Assembly: GCA_050294405.1 (NCBI GenBank)
Contig: JBNKOC010000004.1
Span: 143,872-207,871 of the forward strand
Origin: Fibrobacteria bacterium
Lineage (GTDB): Bacteria > Fibrobacterota > Fibrobacteria > UBA11236 > JADFYW01
Length of the DNA stretch: 64,000 nt
Direction: 5' to 3'
The position numbers and the translations under genes are program-made. How positions within the stretch are numbered: position 1 is the stretch's first letter; each line of letters opens with the position of its first letter. Below the pieces are notes generated by a model, which did no database searches, had not been told where the DNA came from, and saw nothing but the letters and a program-made list of their open reading frames with translations. Of this stretch, positions 59,286 to 64,000 are shown in pieces.

Positions 59286-60403
59286 TAGTTATTCTGAGCC
59301 CCTTGTTTAATCCAACGGCGAATTAATTCAATATCATCTGGATCAATGCCATCTACAGTTCCCTGAGGCATTCTTCCATATAGCCCTGGTTTTCCTATGG
59401 CTTCCAGTTCCTCAGTAGTTTTAGCCACTTTTAAATAGAGGTAACTGTTATTCGGATCCCCTGGAACCACTCTCATAGTGGGGGCCACTGTGGGGGCCTC
59501 CCAGGTAGGCACATTTACCAAGGCGTCATAGGAAAAACCTTCTGTTAAATCCAACCCACCTTCATCAAACCCGGTTTGAGTATAGCCAGCTCCATTTGGG
59601 GGAGCATGGCAGCCAGCGCACTGGTTCAAATCAAAAATCAATTGAATGTCATCTGCAAAACTCACTTCATCATAACAATTGGCATCGTTAGGATCGTCTT
59701 TTTGCTCGGGAGTACATCCGCATAATGGGTGCCCCGGAGTTTGATAATCCAATTCTGTGCATTGGTAACATTTAGGCTTGGTCACATCCAATGAATCAGC
59801 AGCTGTACATTCATAGCACCATGCATTGTAATCTGTGGGATCACAGCACAAAGGCTTGGTTTGATCCAGACTATCTGCTGCAGTACATACATAGCATTCA
59901 CTGCCATAAACAGTTGGATCGCATTCAATTTCCACATTCGCAAGAGCCACAATCCAGTTGCTAATTGTAGCAAGCTCAGCATCGGATAAAACTGATTGGT
60001 TATCTGCTGGCATTCTTCCACCAACTAATGGAGCATCGCTGGCTACTTTATTCAACAGCAAACTGTTTTCAGGTTCACCGGGAACAATTCTTATATAATC
60101 ACTTTGGGAGCTTTTCACATTAACCGTGGCAGCCAATATATTGTCTGGACGCAAATCCAGGCCAGCTTGTGCAGTAGCGCCGGAGTGGCAGCCCAGGCAG
60201 CGATGTTTTTCAATAATTTGATTTACCGCAACCACGGGATCTGCATTTGCCGCAGGAATATCGCCATTAGCCCCTAATTCCAGGGTAGGATCGTTGGGAT
60301 TTAAACCATTTCCTTTACAGGAGTATAAAACCAAACTGGCAACCATCATGGCAGCAAGCCCAGCCATGGATAACATTTTTTTTGTGTTTATTGCTTTTTT
60401 CAT
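59285..60403 (-). CDS. Dihaem c-type cytochrome lipoprotein with Cys-rich repeat linker
   Basis: Lipobox LYSC; two homologous domains CLGCH / CAGCH ... VPG.P.NS.L..KV ... GRMP ... WI; 12 Cys between them. Confidence 0.85.
   Translation of the reverse strand: MKKAINTKKMLSMAGLAAMMVASLVLYSCKGNGLNPNDPTLELGANGDIPAANADPVVAVNQIIEKHRCLGCHSGATAQAGLDLRPDNILAATVNVKSSQSDYIRIVPGEPENSLLLNKVASDAPLVGGRMPADNQSVLSDAELATISNWIVALANVEIECDPTVYGSECYVCTAADSLDQTKPLCCDPTDYNAWCYECTAADSLDVTKPKCYQCTELDYQTPGHPLCGCTPEQKDDPNDANCYDEVSFADDIQLIFDLNQCAGCHAPPNGAGYTQTGFDEGGLDLTEGFSYDALVNVPTWEAPTVAPTMRVVPGDPNNSYLYLKVAKTTEELEAIGKPGLYGRMPQGTVDGIDPDDIELIRRWIKQGAQNN
59675..59923 (-). repeat. Intragenic Cys-rich tandem repeat
   Basis: CDPTVYGSECYVCTAADSLDQTKPLC / CDPTDYNAWCYECTAADSLDVTKPKC (26 aa x2) plus two further C-x12-C units. 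Confidence 0.85.
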
Positions 60404-60411
60404 AATTCGGC

Positions 60412-61401
60412 CTACTTCGTTACTTCTGTATCTTCTACGAAAAGGGTATAGAAGAAGCTGGGTTTCTTCACGAGGGATTTTACATAGTGAACCAGAGATA
60501 TCGCTCTCTGACGGGTCAATTCTTTTTTCATTTCATCAGACATGCTTCCAATTTCAGAATCTTTAGGCTGCATACTCATGTATCTTTTTAATTGATTGAT
60601 TTCATCCTGGGTAAAACTTTCAGCCAAGGTGGCTTCATTGGAAAGAGGGCCCCCTGGAAAAAGCAAGGCGTCCCCAAAGGCCGGCATGGGTGTTCCATCC
60701 AAACCTGTCATAACACTTTTATATACTTCCGCATCGGAGGAGCCTCTTTTAAAATGACCCCGGGTAAAATTCATTGGAGGAACTCTATTGCCTTCGTCAT
60801 CTTTAAGAGTACTTGCCGAAGGACCATCGCCTTTGCCATTTACTCCATGACAAGTCCAGCAGTCCAAAGCCATGTATAAATGTTTTCCATCAGCAACAAA
60901 TTCAGGAGTGGATTCGGGAAGTTCGGGAATTTCAATGGGTTCTGGGGCTCCGTATTCTGCAAAATCTTCTGAAAAAGACTTTATGTAGGCCACCAAATCC
61001 CAAATTTGTTGCTTACTCAAAAGGTCTTTATAAGGGGGCATCACAGAACGGGCCACGCCATTAGAAATAATGTAAAAGAGGTCCTGATCTGTGGGCAATT
61101 CCCCGGCAGCAGTGGTGCGAAATTTATACAAGCCTTTGGTAAAATTTCTTGGAAGCGGGTTTAATGAAGAAGCCGCAGGGCCTTTTCCATCTCCACCCCA
61201 ACCATGACATGTGGCACAAGCAGATTGATATATTTGTTGTCCTCGGTATTCTGCTCCTCCGCGAACCATTTTTGATAGAGCCGCAGTACCGCCGCTGGCT
61301 GATTCGCCATCTTCCGATTGGGTGAAAGCCGGAGACACAAAACCGGAAAGAAGTAAAAAAACGGCAAACCATTTGCCGGATAAATTTTTAAACCTATTCA
61401 T
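60412..61401 (-). CDS. Exported dihaem cytochrome c
   Basis: Signal peptide; CATCHG..GDGKGPAA...PRNFT...MP and CWTCHG..GKGDGPSA...NFT...MP. Confidence 0.92.
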   Translation of the reverse strand: MNRFKNLSGKWFAVFLLLSGFVSPAFTQSEDGESASGGTAALSKMVRGGAEYRGQQIYQSACATCHGWGGDGKGPAASSLNPLPRNFTKGLYKFRTTAAGELPTDQDLFYIISNGVARSVMPPYKDLLSKQQIWDLVAYIKSFSEDFAEYGAPEPIEIPELPESTPEFVADGKHLYMALDCWTCHGVNGKGDGPSASTLKDDEGNRVPPMNFTRGHFKRGSSDAEVYKSVMTGLDGTPMPAFGDALLFPGGPLSNEATLAESFTQDEINQLKRYMSMQPKDSEIGSMSDEMKKELTRQRAISLVHYVKSLVKKPSFFYTLFVEDTEVTK

Positions 61402-61558
61402 TCCTACCTTTACCCCTTTTAAAGTGTGGTAAATGCAGTTTAGAAAAATCGGTTATTTTTCTCAAACAAACTGGCCTGGATTTCTGGCTGACAACTTGTC
61501 AAATCACCAAAATTTGTAAAAAAAACTCTTTTTTTTTGTAATATTTCGCCATTTCGGC

Positions 61559-61597
61559 AAAAAAAATAAGCCTCAGAAACAATGTGCTGAGGCTTAT
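61559..61597 (-). terminator. Terminator after tRNA-Arg(TCT)
   Basis: ATAAGCCTCAG-N10-CTGAGGCTTAT stem followed by a T run on the minus strand. Confidence 0.85.
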
Positions 61598-61673
61598 GGT
61601 ACACCAAGCAGGACTCGAACCTGCGACCAACGGTTTAGAAAACCGTTGCTCTATCCAGCTGAGCTATTGGTGC
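61597..61673 (-). tRNA. tRNA-Arg (anticodon TCT)
   Basis: Reverse complement GCACCAATAGCTCAGCTGGATAGAGCA-ACGGT-ttTCTaa-ACCGT-TGGTCGCAGGTTCGAGTCCTGCTTGGTGTACCA folds as a cloverleaf with CCA. Confidence 0.95.
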
Positions 61674-61828
61674 TGGAGCTGCAAAATTACCAAGCAATTC
61701 TCATTCTTTCAAGCGGATTGATACAAAAACATTTTGCTCCCGTGGTGATCTGGAAACCTCAATTCAAAATCAAGGAGAATAAACTATATTTGCCCATTCA
61801 AAAAATCAGAATAACAAAGGTTGAGTTT

Positions 61829-62083
61829 ATGAATTTTAATATGCTAATGCCACTTCTCCTTATTGTGGTTTTCGTTTTTTTTATCATTTTGCCCCAACGT
61901 AGAGAAAAAAAAGAATTTGAAAAAATGTTAGCAGCCCTTAAAAAAGGGGATAAAGTTTTAACCAATTCTGGAATTTACGGCGAGGTGGTTAATTTAATCG
62001 ATGACCAAAAAGTCACTTTAAAAGTTGCGGATAATGTGAAAATCGATTTCGCAAAATCCACCATTTCAAAAGTATTGAAATAA
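61829..62083 (+). CDS. yajC: Preprotein translocase subunit YajC
   Basis: FFIILPQRR...LKKGDKVLT.SGIYG.V motif. Start moved to ATG 61829 because the track start overlaps the tRNA. Confidence 0.92.
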   Translation: MNFNMLMPLLLIVVFVFFIILPQRREKKEFEKMLAALKKGDKVLTNSGIYGEVVNLIDDQKVTLKVADNVKIDFAKSTISKVLK

Positions 62084-62089
62084 TTTCCA

Positions 62090-62596
62090 ATGGCAGTTCT
62101 TCCCGTAAAAATTTATGGTGAAAAAGTTCTGCGAAAAAATGCGGAACCTGTTTCTAAAATCACCCCTGAGCTAAAAAAATTAGCGGAGGATATGCTTGAA
62201 ACTATGTACGCTGCTCCGGGAATTGGGTTAGCAGCGCCTCAGGTTGGTGAAAGCATTCGCCTGATGGTAGTGGATGTGCGTGAAGGCGAAGAACCTCAAA
62301 ACCCATATATATTTTTTAATCCAGAAATTGTGGAAAAAAAAGGCAGTTATATAGATGAAGAAGGCTGCTTGTCTTTTCCAGGAATTTACGCCAATGTTCC
62401 CCGCTTTGAAGAAATCGAAGTGAGCGCCCTAAATGAAAACGGAGAAGAATTTCAAATTAAAGCCGATGGAATGCTGGCCCGTTGTATTCAGCACGAACTG
62501 GATCATTTAAACGGAGTTTTGTTTATCGACAAGCTGAGCCCCACAGATAAACTCCTGCTAAAATCAAAGCTTAAAAAGTTAAAACAAAAAGCTTAA
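62090..62596 (+). CDS. def: Peptide deformylase
   Basis: GIGLAAPQVG, EGCLS and QHELDHL motifs. Confidence 0.97.
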   Translation: MAVLPVKIYGEKVLRKNAEPVSKITPELKKLAEDMLETMYAAPGIGLAAPQVGESIRLMVVDVREGEEPQNPYIFFNPEIVEKKGSYIDEEGCLSFPGIYANVPRFEEIEVSALNENGEEFQIKADGMLARCIQHELDHLNGVLFIDKLSPTDKLLLKSKLKKLKQKA

Positions 62597-62744
62597 TCTT
62601 TATCTGATAGTTTTAATCCCAAACTAATTTACGCCCTTTAAATACAATACGGGCAGGTAAGCAAAGTTATTTGCTTCAAAATTGACCTCATTTGGCATTT
62701 ATATACCTTTCAAGGTACTAGCAGCAAAAAGGAAAAAGCGCAAA

Positions 62745-63518
62745 ATGAGTTTAAAAAGATATCAAATACAGTTTAGCAAAGAAAACCTCGATCATTTGGG
62801 CCAGGATGAAGTGTACTTTTTCCTAAAGGACAAAAATGACTTTGAAAAAATTTTGTTTCATGATTACGAAAAAATTTACTCCTACCCAGGTTTGTACGAG
62901 CAGCTGTTTTATGAAAGGTTAAAATGCAACTCCCCTCAAATTGTATGCGAAGATTTAAGAAAAACCGTTGATACAAATAAAGAACATTTTTCTGAATTAA
63001 AGATTCTCGACTTTGGGGCCGGAAACGGAATTATGGGAGAAGTATTAAAAAACATTGGGGTGGCAAGGTTAGTTGGGGTCGATATTATAAGAGAAGCAGA
63101 AATAGCAGCGGAAAGAGACAGACCCGGTGTCTACGATGATTTTTTTGTAAAGGATTTTACAAAGTTACGACAAGATGAAAGAGAAGAAATCAAATCCTGG
63201 AATTTGAACACCCTTACGACAGTTGCCGCATTGGGCTTTGGAGATATTCCTCCAAAAGCATTTATTGAAGCGGTGAACTTAATTGATGAAAACGGCTGGG
63301 TAGCGTTTAATATTAAAGAATCCTTTTTAACAAACTCTGATAACTCTGGGTTTTCAAAATTAATACGAGAATTAATTTTTTCTGAATATTTAAGCATATG
63401 CATGCTTGAGCGTTATAGGCACCGGGTTTCAGCAGAAGGAATACCCTTGTACTACTTTTCTGTTGTTTGTAAAAAACACAGGAATGTGGATTTCAACATT
63501 CTAAGTCACGAAAATTAA
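62745..63518 (+). CDS. Class I SAM-dependent methyltransferase
   Basis: ILDFGAGNG and LVGVDI motifs; ATG 62745 chosen over TTG 62682. Confidence 0.8.
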   Translation: MSLKRYQIQFSKENLDHLGQDEVYFFLKDKNDFEKILFHDYEKIYSYPGLYEQLFYERLKCNSPQIVCEDLRKTVDTNKEHFSELKILDFGAGNGIMGEVLKNIGVARLVGVDIIREAEIAAERDRPGVYDDFFVKDFTKLRQDEREEIKSWNLNTLTTVAALGFGDIPPKAFIEAVNLIDENGWVAFNIKESFLTNSDNSGFSKLIRELIFSEYLSICMLERYRHRVSAEGIPLYYFSVVCKKHRNVDFNILSHEN

Positions 63519-63650
63519 AAGTTCAATGTCCGGCTGATTTTTGGGGGCTTCAGTTTTATGGACTCAATTTTCCGAGAAATGGAAGCCCATATAAAATGTT
63601 AGAGACCAAAGTAATCAGCTCCACAATGCATTTTAGAAAAACTCAGCTCT

Positions 63651-64000
63651 TCTTTTCACCTTCTTCGAAATCGGGAATATCAGGTTGAGAAAAACATTGC
63701 TGGTTGGATGCCACATTCAAAAGCCAAGTTACAGCTGATTTTTCGAAAGTTGATATTCCCGAGAATCAGAAACCTTATAATTCTAACTTCATAAAAAGTT
63801 ACTCCCCAAAACAATTTGCTCTTCATACAAGATTGTTATAGGCAATAAAACAGCGCCACAAAGCATTTTTAGGAAAAATCAGTTCATCTTTTCACCTTCT
63901 TCGAAATCGGGAATATCAGGTTGAGAAAAACATTGCTGGTTGGATGCCACATTCAAAAGCCAAGTTACAGCTGATTTTTCGAAAGTTGATATTCCCGAGA
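63651..64000. repeat. Direct repeat of at least 114 bp (63651-63764 = 63887-64000), period 236 bp, each copy holding a 12-bp inverted repeat
   Basis: The two copies read identical base by base; each contains TCGGGAATATCA...TGATATTCCCGA; degenerate similarity continues upstream of each copy. Confidence 0.9.

Noticed and set aside
59675..59923. Extra haem sites in the Cys-rich linker
   Set aside because: The CxxC pairs (CYVC, CYEC, CYQC) are followed by Thr, not His.
58152..61673. tRNA-anchored genomic island carrying the cytochrome operon
   Set aside because: The operon lies 3' of tRNA-Arg(TCT), but I found no integrase and no duplicated tRNA 3' end.
63651..64000. CRISPR array
   Set aside because: The repeat (114 bp or more) and the interval (122 bp) are far too long, only two copies are visible, the intervals resemble each other, and no cas genes are present.

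Overview
AT-rich chromosomal window from a diderm bacterium. A TIGR02147-family gene followed by large acidic lipoproteins, plus a Bacteroidota-type PurF, point to Fibrobacterota/FCB group (inference). Most of the window is scattered housekeeping genes (pckA, pdxA, rpe, aroC, thrH, hflKC, purF, gdhA, coaE, polA, trpF, lhr, ppa, yajC, def), two tRNA-Arg genes and a surface-glycan cluster (22.7-31 kb). I saw no transposase, integrase, rRNA, cas gene or CRISPR array. The best candidate for an undescribed system is a three-gene operon at 58152-61401 (-): a secreted dihaem cytochrome c, a dihaem lipoprotein with a 12-cysteine repeat linker, and an outer-membrane beta-barrel with an N-terminal CxxCH haem (Cyc2-like layout, non-Cyc2 motif). 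Together they look like a five-haem electron conduit across the envelope. Other notable items: (1) a shared palindromic operator upstream of the TIGR02147 gene and of a paralogous lipoprotein; (2) an hflK-hflC-chaperone-pspA operon; (3) polA apparently starting at ATT; (4) an orphan flgB with a sigma54 promoter; (5) several leaderless-looking genes; (6) a MITE-like element with a degenerate relative; (7) a structured 114-bp perfect tandem repeat at the right edge. Family names are from motif recognition by eye; no searches were run.
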